From contig JBNKPX010000004.1 of the NCBI GenBank assembly GCA_050295575.1, forward strand, positions 609 to 64,608: a DNA stretch of 64,000 nucleotides. The letters run 5' to 3'. This DNA is from Gammaproteobacteria bacterium. Its GTDB lineage: Bacteria > Pseudomonadota > Gammaproteobacteria > GCA-001735895. The notes beneath the pieces were generated by a model. It was not told the DNA's origin, did no database searches, and worked only from the letters and a program-made list of their open reading frames with translations. Below, piece by piece: positions 1-9,043 of the stretch; position 1 is the first letter of the stretch, and each line of letters begins with the position of its first letter. Position numbers and translations under genes: made by a program.

Positions 1-1916
1 CTTGGGTCATAACGCAGGTTCTTTATTGTGCTGCTCGGGATACGGGTGCGCCCCCTGAACGATGTGGTTTCTGACGAAGAAGTACTCGATATTCTAACAC
101 CCACGCTGGTGTAGTCCTTGTCCATAAAAAATCCACGAATGGTATAGTCGCCAGAGATATAGATGTTATCAGTGGCATCTATCGCAGCAATGGCTGGTGT
201 CGTAGCGGTTGCAGCCGAAGCTTTAGTGGCCTCAATAGAGGATAGTGACAGGCTCACATAGATCTGACTAACGTCATCTATGAGGTAGGTTGAACCAGCG
301 AAAAAGTTAGTGCTTTTGCTGGTTCGATCTTCAGCCAGCTGGTAGATCTGGGCATTACTGAGACCTGTTTTGGATATTAATTCATCTAATGTTTCTACAC
401 CCTGAGCCTGTATAGCGTTGGTGGTAGTTAGCAGCGGTGAATTCCTGTGATCAAGCGTCAGGTTGAAGGATAATTTGTCAGTGTGACGATAGTTGGTAAT
501 GGCGGTGATATTGTTTAGATCATTATAGAACAGATCATAGTCAACGATTCCGTAGATAAAACCTCTCTTTGTACGGTACTGAAACTCAGTACCTATGGCC
601 TGTCTATCAGTGAGCCCGGCACTGTTCTGTTGAACCAGATAGTAATCCATATTGAATTCTTTGGAAAATTTAAGGCTTATGTCACCACCAAAAAATACAC
701 GATTAGTATCGATTGAGTCATAGGATGACTGAACCGGAAAACCGGTGAACAGGCTATATCCAAGATCAGGATTTGAAATGTCTTTGTAGACAAACCCATC
801 AAAACGACCCAATACTCCTTTTGCGGTACGACTTTGACGTCCACCGATGATCTGGTATTCACCCACATTATTGATGTAATTCACCATGGCTCGACTGATT
901 CTGGCCTGGTTATCACTGTCCAGAAAATCACTGACGATACCGCCATCGAACCTTAGAACCAGAGAGTCTGTATCCGTTTTTCTACGGGCGAACAGGTTGA
1001 TATCACTGACCAGAGCATTATTGACTTCTTCAGTACTTAGCGTATCTATAGCAAGGATATCATTTCGATAGTATTGAGAAGCAGAGCCCGACAGGTACCA
1101 GTCATCGGCGATGCCTTTGATTTTATCCTCGCTCATGCGTTTCCTGGGTTCGGCGCGCATGGTCTTAAGGCCTTGAAGACGGTTTTCGATTTTCGGAGCT
1201 CTTTCACTATCCGGGTAGAGCGCTAGAAATTTACTGTATACGGCGATAGCCTGAGGGATTTTCTGCTGTCTTTCCCGTGCAATACCGGAGTATTCCAGCG
1301 CCTGCTGTTGCTGTTCCAGATTGCCTATTTCAGCTACCTTTCCCGCTATCGCGAGCACTCGGCGGTAATTTCCATCGAGAAATTTCTGCTTGGCATCCTG
1401 CAGTAATTTCTCTGCAAGCTTTTCTTTTTTTGTGGCTGGTGGTCGTTTGAGATCAGGTTTAGTAGCACGTACTGCAGGAATGGGTGCCTTGACTGTTGCT
1501 GCAGGTTGCACAGCTCGTGGTTTTGTTTGTAATAGTTGTGACGTCAGAATGGATATTTCGGTTTTGCTACGGAAGTTTATCCAGGCACTAGGATAAGATT
1601 GTTTCAGCTTTTGCAGCTGATTATTGGCATCCTTTTGCGTGGGGTAGTTTCCCATTACGAGACGGTAGTAGGTTTTAGTATTCACCTCGACCATGTTTAG
1701 ATAAACCAGCTCATTGCTATCACGGGCCATGCCTTTAAGATCGTTTTTGGGTATTTTTCTGCCTGATGATGAAAGGTTTATGGAGTAGCTGTGGATAGTA
1801 CTTATCTGTGCTGGCTTAGAATAAATTGTATCCACGCCTAGATATTCGCTCTTTGCCGCGAATAACAGGTTTGGGATCAATACCAGCAAATATAGGTAAT
1901 TCTTTAAATAAGGCAT
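1..1916 (-). CDS. Outer-membrane protein: signal peptide + SPOR-like domain + TPR-like segment + beta-barrel region (C-terminus lies outside the window)
   Basis: Absent from the supplied track because it has no stop codon in the window. The minus-strand frame is open from the ATG at 1916-1914 to position 1 (638 codons). The N-terminus MPYLKNYLYLLVLIPNLLFAA looks like a signal peptide. YSINLSSS...YYRLVMGNYPTQKDANNQLQKLKQSYPSAWI resembles a SPOR fold. LLQDAKQKFLDGNYRRVL...AVYSKFLALYPDSERAP is TPR-like. The remainder shows alternating aromatic/polar strand patterns typical of OM barrels. Confidence 0.6.
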   Translation of the reverse strand, partial: MPYLKNYLYLLVLIPNLLFAAKSEYLGVDTIYSKPAQISTIHSYSINLSSSGRKIPKNDLKGMARDSNELVYLNMVEVNTKTYYRLVMGNYPTQKDANNQLQKLKQSYPSAWINFRSKTEISILTSQLLQTKPRAVQPAATVKAPIPAVRATKPDLKRPPATKKEKLAEKLLQDAKQKFLDGNYRRVLAIAGKVAEIGNLEQQQQALEYSGIARERQQKIPQAIAVYSKFLALYPDSERAPKIENRLQGLKTMRAEPRKRMSEDKIKGIADDWYLSGSASQYYRNDILAIDTLSTEEVNNALVSDINLFARRKTDTDSLVLRFDGGIVSDFLDSDNQARISRAMVNYINNVGEYQIIGGRQSRTAKGVLGRFDGFVYKDISNPDLGYSLFTGFPVQSSYDSIDTNRVFFGGDISLKFSKEFNMDYYLVQQNSAGLTDRQAIGTEFQYRTKRGFIYGIVDYDLFYNDLNNITAITNYRHTDKLSFNLTLDHRNSPLLTTTNAIQAQGVETLDELISKTGLSNAQIYQLAEDRTSKSTNFFAGSTYLIDDVSQIYVSLSLSSIEATKASAATATTPAIAAIDATDNIYISGDYTIRGFFMDKDYTSVGVRISSTSSSETTSFRGRTRIPSSTIKNLRYDP

Positions 1917-1943
1917 ACAAAAAATTCAATATTATTATAACAA

Positions 1944-1972
1944 CTCTGCAACTTACGCGTTAAGTTGCAGAG
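1944..1972 (-). other. Intercistronic perfect hairpin (12-bp stem, CGCG loop) between the 14-heme cytochrome gene and the OM protein gene
   Basis: ctctgcaactta-cgcg-taagttgcagag is a perfect palindrome. It is followed on the minus strand by only a weakly T-rich tract, so it could be a partial terminator or an mRNA-stability element. Confidence 0.4.
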
Positions 1973-1987
1973 ACTATCCAGTCTGGT

Positions 1988-3166
1988 TTATCGATCCCAA
2001 TCAGAGTCTGTAACCCTATGGTGAGAACTATCCTGGTGGCAGGAGCCACTACAATCAGCATTTTCTGCCACAGTCTCGTAGCCACCACTACCATTCTCAT
2101 GTTCTCTCTGGTCATAATCTCCATCATGACAGGCCGCACATTGTGGTGCATAAGCTGTATTCCATGATGGTATTTCATTGTTGCTGCCGTGGCAGTCGAT
2201 GCAGGCTGCATTATCATGCCGTCCCCCAGTTGGAACATTTGAGCTACTATGCACATATGGTTTTGCAGTCCAGTTAACCGTGGTATGACAGACGTCACAG
2301 GCTTCAGTAGTAACGAAATGACCTGTTGACTGTCCTGTTGCCGACACACCATTGTGGCAACTTTCACAGGGTTCTCCTCCCACATCCGCATGACTCCATG
2401 TGCTGTTAGACCAACTGACAGTGGTGTGGCAATTCTCACACTCCAGGATGGTTAGCATATGGGTTGAGTGTTTTCCTTGTGCCAGAATACCATTATGACA
2501 GCTGGAACAATTTCCAATGACGGAGATATGATCAACTTTATACACAGGGTCAAAAGTAATGGTTGTGTGGCAATCTTCGCAGCTGTCGGTAGAAAGAATA
2601 TGATTGGTATTTTTAGGGGTTGCTATCACACCATTGTGGCAGAGCTGACAGTTACCGGTAATCCCTTCGTGATCAAACACGGCATCATGCCAGGAATTTG
2701 TACGATGACAGTTATCGCAGACATCACTACTTTCGATGTGTCCCGGGTGTTTACCGACCGCGACTATGCCATTATGGCAGCTTTGACATTCCCCAGTGAC
2801 GGCAAAGTGGTCAACCCTGGCGACGTTTTCCCAGTTGCCGGTCTGGTGACAAAACTCACAGTCATTGGTGGTTCTCATGTGTTTGGCTGAAGGTGCGCTG
2901 GCCTGGATACGCCCCGAGTTAGAATGGCAACCACTACACTGGGTAGGGGTCCCTCTAAAAACGCCCTGGATATGGCAGGAATCGCATTTTTCTCTGGCAT
3001 GTACGATATCTAACGGGAAGTTAGTTTCATCGTGATCAAATTTCGCAGCATTAGCGGTATTGAACATACCTGTAGACAAAAACAACGAAAGCAGTATAAA
3101 GGATAAAAGATTTAGCCAGTTTTTGCGCAAACCAGTGATATTTGTTTTAGCTATATTCATTATCAT
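1988..3166 (-). CDS. Multiheme cytochrome c (13 CxxCH + 1 CxxxCH), doubled-CXXCH repeat type, secreted
   Basis: I counted 13 CxxCH motifs plus a C-terminal CSGSCH. The module C.SCHNG..A.GK..H......C..CH.T..W recurs. The N-terminus has a hydrophobic signal sequence ending in ANA-AK. Confidence 0.9.
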   Translation of the reverse strand: MIMNIAKTNITGLRKNWLNLLSFILLSLFLSTGMFNTANAAKFDHDETNFPLDIVHAREKCDSCHIQGVFRGTPTQCSGCHSNSGRIQASAPSAKHMRTTNDCEFCHQTGNWENVARVDHFAVTGECQSCHNGIVAVGKHPGHIESSDVCDNCHRTNSWHDAVFDHEGITGNCQLCHNGVIATPKNTNHILSTDSCEDCHTTITFDPVYKVDHISVIGNCSSCHNGILAQGKHSTHMLTILECENCHTTVSWSNSTWSHADVGGEPCESCHNGVSATGQSTGHFVTTEACDVCHTTVNWTAKPYVHSSSNVPTGGRHDNAACIDCHGSNNEIPSWNTAYAPQCAACHDGDYDQREHENGSGGYETVAENADCSGSCHQDSSHHRVTDSDWDR

Positions 3167-3184
3167 TAAATACTCCAGTGAGGC

Positions 3185-4768
3185 TTAACTTCCAAATCTT
3201 CGGCTATTTATGTCGATTTCCTGGAAGTCATCGATGGAATGGCAGTCATCACAGTAAGGGCCAAAGTTTCCTTCGTGTATATCGTCCCGGTTGTGGCAGT
3301 CGATACAACGGCTTTTCATTTTTCTGTCTTTTTCCAGTGGCTTGAAATGGCAGGCGTGGCAATGCAGCCCTTCATGTGCACCTCTAATCTTGAAGTCGGT
3401 TTCGTCATGATCAAATTCCCAGATCAGCCAGTCGTTGGGGTTATGGCACAGTTTGCAATCATCACCGAAAGCTTTTTCATGTACATCGTCTTCACGATGG
3501 CAATTTATACACTCAGACTTGGCATCCTTAAATTCGGATGTCAAATGACAGGATTCACAACCAACGACGGCATGCTGGCCAATCAGGGGGAAATTAGTCA
3601 GTTCGTGATCGAAGCGAACGTCTTCCATCCACCATGATTTGTCATTATGACAGTTATTACATTTCTTACCCTGTTGTTCCTTATGAGCATCTTGATGTTT
3701 ATGACAGCTGTAACAGGCTTTGTCGGTTTTTTTACCTTTCTGATCGGACTGATGACAGGATTGGCAGCTGGCTTTTTTATGTGCACCCTTTAATGGGAAA
3801 TCCGTCTTTTTATTATGATCAAAGCTGGAGTCTAGCCAACTGGTTTCGTTATGACATTGATCGCATTTTTTCTTATTTTTACCTTTATGCACATCATCCA
3901 GTCGATGGCAGCTATAACAGTTTCGAGTTGTTTTTTTACCCTTAGGCTTTTTCTTTTTACTGTCGGCTACGGTATGGCAGGTATGACAGGTGGTCGCTTT
4001 ATGCTTACCCTTCAATTTGAAGTCCGTATCCTGGTCATGGTCAAATTTTGTCTTATCCCACTTTTTCTCTGTGTGGCAACTCTGACATTTTTTACCGAAT
4101 CGATTTTGGTGCACATCCTTGATGGCGTGGCATGAGACACATTTTTTAGGGGTGTCTTTGTACTGGTTTTCAACGTGGCATAGGTCGCAGGCTACTTTTT
4201 TATGTGCATGTTTTAACTTGAAGTCTGTCTTGTCATGGTCAAACTGCTCACTACTCCAGCCTTTGGGGTTGTGACAGCTGTCACATTTTTTTCCAAGATT
4301 GGTTTCATGGGCATCATCCTCTTCATGACAGGAAAAGCACTTATGTGGAGCCTCTCTATATTTTTTTTCTTCTTTATGACAGCTTGAGCACTCTGCCTGT
4401 GTATGCTTGCCTTCAAGCGGGTAATCGGTCGATTTATGATTAAAACGGTCCTTATCCAGCCATATGATGCTGGCATCTCTACCCTTATGTTCGGTATGAC
4501 AGACCCTGCACTCAACGCCAATGACCTGTTTATTTAAGCCATGAAAACCATGCTTTGAGTTTACATCGTCTGCTACCTCTTCATGGCAATCCAGGCAAAG
4601 TTGTCGCTGAGTCGTTTCCTGTAATCGGACATGACAACTTTCACATTTTAATTCATATTCTGCATGCCCTTCTATGACCTTGCCGGGCATGAATAGCTTT
4701 TCAAAGTCCATAGCCTGCGCCATTTGTGGTAGCAGGGTTATAAAAAACAACGTGAGTAATAACTTCAT
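3185..4768 (-). CDS. 21-heme cytochrome c built from seven triheme (cytochrome c7-like) modules, secreted, very Lys-rich
   Basis: I counted 21 CxxCH motifs. The unit FDH..TDF.L.G.H...C..CH...C..CH...D.H....G..C..CH recurs seven times. Signal peptide is MKLLLTLFFITLLPQMAQA. The start lies 3 nt after the stop of the upstream membrane-protein gene. Confidence 0.9.
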   Translation of the reverse strand: MKLLLTLFFITLLPQMAQAMDFEKLFMPGKVIEGHAEYELKCESCHVRLQETTQRQLCLDCHEEVADDVNSKHGFHGLNKQVIGVECRVCHTEHKGRDASIIWLDKDRFNHKSTDYPLEGKHTQAECSSCHKEEKKYREAPHKCFSCHEEDDAHETNLGKKCDSCHNPKGWSSEQFDHDKTDFKLKHAHKKVACDLCHVENQYKDTPKKCVSCHAIKDVHQNRFGKKCQSCHTEKKWDKTKFDHDQDTDFKLKGKHKATTCHTCHTVADSKKKKPKGKKTTRNCYSCHRLDDVHKGKNKKKCDQCHNETSWLDSSFDHNKKTDFPLKGAHKKASCQSCHQSDQKGKKTDKACYSCHKHQDAHKEQQGKKCNNCHNDKSWWMEDVRFDHELTNFPLIGQHAVVGCESCHLTSEFKDAKSECINCHREDDVHEKAFGDDCKLCHNPNDWLIWEFDHDETDFKIRGAHEGLHCHACHFKPLEKDRKMKSRCIDCHNRDDIHEGNFGPYCDDCHSIDDFQEIDINSRRFGS

Positions 4769-4771
4769 AGA

Positions 4772-5563
4772 CTAATAAAAATGAACGACTACAACGTGGG
4801 TTATACCAGATAGTACCAGCATGATGAAAAGTGGAAAATGCAGAATGTGCCAATAAGAGAATAGTATCTCATTAATACCCAGAGTGCAGATTGAGCGCAG
4901 CCCCCAGGCTCGATCCAGAAAGTTTCTGCGATCATCAGAAGGCTTATATTCGTTCAGTATCCTGGCTTTTAACTTTTTCAGCTTCCGGCGGTTTGAAATG
5001 TAAAACCAGAGAGATCGGTTTATCCCCGTATGCTGGACCACAAGATCGTCTTCAATTTTTTTCAACTCGGCAGAGAGTTCAGGGGTTTGCTGAGTAATAA
5101 CCTCGAATTCATGGGTTTCATTGTCAAAACTACGGTACAGGTCTTTAAAGCGAATTTTTCCACCATATAATCCATAGTGTATTCTACGATACAGGTAGCG
5201 GCCAATGAGCCCACTAGATGCAACAATAAGCATGCAGGTAAAGGCGACTGTGCCGTTTAGAGAACCCAGTCGGTAGCCAGAATGATAGATGATCAGTACG
5301 GGACCAAGGATGCCCAGAATCATGTGAAAACGAAACCAGAACTTTATAGAGCCAAGAAAGGTCCAGTTAGATTTCTGCTTTCGCAACGGGTAAACAAGCA
5401 GCAGCAGCATCATAGACCCGCCGATAATACCGAGCCAGTAACCAATGCCAGTTTCAGCCACAAAGTAATGATGGTCGGAGATTGTCCAGCCAAAATAGAT
5501 AACGGCTACTACACTGATGTACCAGAGTAGTGCAAGAGTATTAAGTGCGAATCGTATAACCAT
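4772..5563 (-). CDS. Integral membrane protein, candidate di-heme cytochrome b (ferric-reductase-like / cytochrome-b-like helix pair)
   Basis: About 5 hydrophobic helices. His80/His94 (FHMILGILGPVLIIYH) and His242/His256 (HFPLFIMLVLSGITH) are each spaced 14 residues apart on two helices, which is the classic bis-His two-heme spacing. A ~95-aa charged loop separates helices 4 and 5. Confidence 0.55.
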   Translation of the reverse strand: MVIRFALNTLALLWYISVVAVIYFGWTISDHHYFVAETGIGYWLGIIGGSMMLLLLVYPLRKQKSNWTFLGSIKFWFRFHMILGILGPVLIIYHSGYRLGSLNGTVAFTCMLIVASSGLIGRYLYRRIHYGLYGGKIRFKDLYRSFDNETHEFEVITQQTPELSAELKKIEDDLVVQHTGINRSLWFYISNRRKLKKLKARILNEYKPSDDRRNFLDRAWGLRSICTLGINEILFSYWHILHFPLFIMLVLSGITHVVVVHFY

Positions 5564-5707
5564 GAATTCAATAAATAATGTTAATATAGGTTTAGCTTTT
5601 TTAATATATCAGATATGTGACTTTTATTGGGAATATATTACCATTTTTATGATAAAGTTCGCTTAAACAAACCTCTAACTTTACCACGGATTAACCCCTG
5701 ATTTCTC

Positions 5708-7009
5708 ATGGACACTATCTATTATTTTGTCCCTTTTATTCTATTCTTTCTTGGATATGTCTGGAGGGCGCATCGTCGTCAGCGACTGAACGAATTTGTT
5801 CGTCAGGAAGCTATTGAAACTGGCCTGGCTGAGCCTGCATCCTTACATCCCATTATTGATCGAAATAAATGCATAGGCTGTAAGTCCTGCGTTTATGTTT
5901 GCCCGCAGCAGCTTGGACATAACGTATTAGGCATCTTTCATGGCAAGGCTGAGTTACTTGAGCCTGCTAACTGCATAGGCCATGGTGCCTGTAAGAAGGT
6001 TTGCCCTGAAAATGCAATTACTCTTGTTTTTGGTACAGAGAAACGAGGTGTTGATATTCCCCTGGTCGATGATGACTTCGAAACCAATGTCAAAGGTATC
6101 TACATTGCGGGTGAATTGGGTGGTATGGGGCTGATCCGTAACGCTATCGAGCAGGGTAAGTCGGCGATGAAGTCAATTATTTCGTCCTTGCCAAAAAGTA
6201 GCAGTCATCAATATCAGGTGATCATAGTTGGAGCCGGCCCCGCAGGGCTTGCTTCTACGCTGGCTGCACAGGAGGCGAATCTAAAATACCTTGCTCTGGA
6301 TCAGGATTCTCTCGGCGGTACTGTTTTTCAGTACCCCAGAGGTAAAATTGTTATGACCCAGCCGGTCGACTTACCTATGGTTGGTAAGATGCATTTCAAG
6401 GAAACAACCAAGGAGGAGTTACTGGAATTCTGGCAAGGTGTTGAGCAAAAGACGGGTATTAAGGTTAGTTACCATGAGATTGTAGCTGGTGTAGAGACTT
6501 TGAATGGAGGGTTTAAGGTTAAGACTAACAAAGGTGAATATGAAACAGATACTGTGCTTCTCGCCATAGGTAGACGAGGTACTCCGCGTAAACTCGGTAT
6601 TCCTGGCGAGGAATTACCCAAGGTTGTGTATCGCCTGATTGACCCAGCACAGTATGCAAATCAAAAGGTTATGATAGTCGGGGGAGGTGATTCTGCCCTG
6701 GAAGCCGCATTAGCCATCGCTGATGAAGAAGGTAGTGAGGTTTCAATCTCCTACCGTAGTAATAGCTTTTCGCGTGCTAAAGCCAAAAATCGTGAACGGA
6801 TAGACAGCTATGCCAGTGAAGGAAAGATTACACTTTATCTCAGTTCAACCCCTAAGGAAGTCACTGAGCACAGTATTATTCTGAAATCAAATGATCAGGA
6901 TATAGAAGTTCCAAATGATGCTGTGATTATTAATGCAGGCGGCATCTTGCCAACGGGGTTTCTGAAACAGATTGGTATAGAAGTAGAGACCAAATTTGGA
7001 ACAGTTTAA
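5708..7009 (+). CDS. Membrane-anchored ferredoxin-domain / FAD-NAD(P)-binding pyridine nucleotide-disulfide-type oxidoreductase
   Basis: N-terminal TM helix followed by RAHRRQR. Fe-S motifs CIGCKSCVYVCP and CIGHGACKKVCP. Dinucleotide folds VIIVGAGPAGL and VMIVGGGDSALEAA. Transcribed divergently from the cytochrome operon. Confidence 0.8.
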   Translation: MDTIYYFVPFILFFLGYVWRAHRRQRLNEFVRQEAIETGLAEPASLHPIIDRNKCIGCKSCVYVCPQQLGHNVLGIFHGKAELLEPANCIGHGACKKVCPENAITLVFGTEKRGVDIPLVDDDFETNVKGIYIAGELGGMGLIRNAIEQGKSAMKSIISSLPKSSSHQYQVIIVGAGPAGLASTLAAQEANLKYLALDQDSLGGTVFQYPRGKIVMTQPVDLPMVGKMHFKETTKEELLEFWQGVEQKTGIKVSYHEIVAGVETLNGGFKVKTNKGEYETDTVLLAIGRRGTPRKLGIPGEELPKVVYRLIDPAQYANQKVMIVGGGDSALEAALAIADEEGSEVSISYRSNSFSRAKAKNRERIDSYASEGKITLYLSSTPKEVTEHSIILKSNDQDIEVPNDAVIINAGGILPTGFLKQIGIEVETKFGTV

Positions 7010-8985
7010 TGATTGACTTAAAGATATTAATAATTGCTTTTAGCCTGATTTTTATAATTACCCCGCCGTTACAGGCAGATAGTAAGCAGCAACTACAGGA
7101 TATTAGCCGATCGATACGTATCAGAGATTACAGCAAGGCTGTCAAGCAGCTGCAACCCCTGATCAGATCTGGTGATTCTGAAGCTCAATTCTTACTGGCA
7201 GGCCTGTACCGCTCAGGTAAAGGGGTGAAAAAGGATCTGGATAAAGCGATACAGCTGTATGAAAAATCCTCTAATAATGGGCATGCAGATGCTCAATATA
7301 CCCTGGCTTCCTTACTGGAAAAAAAGGGGGATATGACTCAGGCGTTATTCTGGTATCAGCAGGCTTCAGAGCAGGGGCATAGAAAAGCCCGGAAAAAACT
7401 GAAATCTGCCCAGAAGACTAGTGGATCATTTTGCAATAAAGATATTAATGCGGATGCCATATTTAGCTCGATTGTTCATAATGACATCAAGTTCATTCAA
7501 TCCTGTGTTGAGAATGGCTATAACTTTAATATTCAGGATAAGTCTTCTCGTTCACCACTTATAGCTGCTTTGCTAGCAGAGCATAAAGAGATTGCTGATC
7601 TATTGTTACCGGTTACACAAAACCTGAAACATGGTGACCAAAATAAGAATCAGGCTATTCATGTTGCCGCTTCAAACGGCTTTGCAGATATTGTTAAAAA
7701 GTTGCTCGATAAGAAAGTGGATATCAATGCACAGGATAACCTGGGCAATACACCGCTGTTAATTGCCGTGCGTCATGATGATGCGAAGCTAGCCCGCCTA
7801 CTTTTACAGAATAAAGCCAGTTACAGTTTACAAAATAAAAGAAAGGTTTCTGCCATAGAGTTGGCGCAAACCAGAGCTGATTCAGGCGTGTTAAAGGCTT
7901 TTTCCAGCCAGGGAATTAAGGTTGGTAAAAATGAGGATCAATATAACGATGTCAGTATTAAGGATTTTGAGAAATCTATAAAACAGTCGTCATCATTATA
8001 TAAAGGCTGGCCTATTTTAAGTATTGCCAGCCTGCTGGGTGAGAATGATATAGCCCGGCAATTGCTTAAACAGGGCGCTAAGGTTAATGCGGTGGATAGT
8101 TCTGGCTACGCTGCCCTGCATAGAGCGAGCGCTAAAGATCAGGTTAAAACAGTAGACCTGTTGCTTGCCTCCGGTGCGCTAATCAATAGTCAGAATAACA
8201 AAGATGAAACGCCTCTGTTTTTAGCTGCTGAAGCGGGTAGTTATAAAACGGTTAAGCGCTTACTTGAAAAAGGAGCTGATCCAACAATATTATCAGCGAA
8301 TAAAACGAGTGCTTTAGCTGTTGCCATAGCTAATCAGCGTAAGGATGTCGCCTTGTTGCTGGCTGAAAAAGAGCTGGATAATGATTCTATACACCTGGCA
8401 CTTTTCCTGGCTATCCAAAAAGATATGGAAGAGGTAGCTGTCAAGCTGGTAAAGCGTGATGCATTAATCAATGATGTGGATGGTAATAAACGTAGTGTTC
8501 TCTGGTTCAGTGCTGACAAGGGACTGGAAAAGATTACTGCCGCCTTATTATTAAATAAGTCTGTAGATATTGATCAGAAAGATGTAAAGGGTTACAGCCC
8601 TCTGGCCCGGTCAATTTTAAGGGGGCATAGTGTAGTTTCTAAATTATTAATTGGGGTTGGGGCGGATGTTAATACTCGAACGGCGGAAAAAAACACCCTG
8701 TTGATGCAATCGGTTCTATCAGGCAAAAAGGAAATGACAAAATTGCTTATCGATAAAAAAATCAATATAGATGCTAAAAATAACTCTGGTGAAACGGCCC
8801 TGATGTTAGCGGCGGGGGCAGGTAATAATGATCTGGTAGAAATACTGATTGAGGCGGGTGCTGATATACAGACAAGAAATCAGGATGACCTCAGTGCCTA
8901 TGAAATTGCATTAAATGCTGGAAAAAAAGATACCGCTGAGTTAATTCGTAATAAAAGCGGCAGGCTTTTTAAGCTGTTTAATTAG
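7009..8985 (+). CDS. Secreted Sel1-repeat + multi-ankyrin-repeat protein
   Basis: Signal peptide ending PPLQA-DS. Sel1-like AQFLLAGLYRSGKGVKKDLDKAIQLYEKSS and AQYTLASLL. Many ankyrin units (GNTPLLIAVRHDDAKLARLLL, ETPLFLAAEAGSYKTVKRLLEKGAD and others). The start overlaps the upstream stop (TAATG). Confidence 0.85.
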   Translation: MIDLKILIIAFSLIFIITPPLQADSKQQLQDISRSIRIRDYSKAVKQLQPLIRSGDSEAQFLLAGLYRSGKGVKKDLDKAIQLYEKSSNNGHADAQYTLASLLEKKGDMTQALFWYQQASEQGHRKARKKLKSAQKTSGSFCNKDINADAIFSSIVHNDIKFIQSCVENGYNFNIQDKSSRSPLIAALLAEHKEIADLLLPVTQNLKHGDQNKNQAIHVAASNGFADIVKKLLDKKVDINAQDNLGNTPLLIAVRHDDAKLARLLLQNKASYSLQNKRKVSAIELAQTRADSGVLKAFSSQGIKVGKNEDQYNDVSIKDFEKSIKQSSSLYKGWPILSIASLLGENDIARQLLKQGAKVNAVDSSGYAALHRASAKDQVKTVDLLLASGALINSQNNKDETPLFLAAEAGSYKTVKRLLEKGADPTILSANKTSALAVAIANQRKDVALLLAEKELDNDSIHLALFLAIQKDMEEVAVKLVKRDALINDVDGNKRSVLWFSADKGLEKITAALLLNKSVDIDQKDVKGYSPLARSILRGHSVVSKLLIGVGADVNTRTAEKNTLLMQSVLSGKKEMTKLLIDKKINIDAKNNSGETALMLAAGAGNNDLVEILIEAGADIQTRNQDDLSAYEIALNAGKKDTAELIRNKSGRLFKLFN

Positions 8986-9043
8986 AGCGCTTTTTGATCA
9001 AAAAAATCATGTCTTTCTATCTGCCAGATAATAAGCTTTAACA

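Noticed and set aside
677-1596. Three short track ORFs (677-868 minus, 886-1071 plus, 1390-1596 plus) as the only coding calls in the first 1.9 kb.
   Set aside because: They all lie inside, or antisense to, a 638-codon minus-strand frame that is open to the window edge and has coherent signal-peptide, SPOR, TPR and barrel features. The short ORFs have implausible composition.
1960-4521. Overlapping or antisense ORFs within the cytochrome genes (1960-2439, 2468-2890, 3239-3637, 3598-3786, 3634-3945, 3851-4135, 4213-4521).
   Set aside because: They are shadow ORFs created by the repetitive Cys/His/Lys codon content of the heme-rich genes. They have no motifs or start signals, and they overlap strongly supported CDS.
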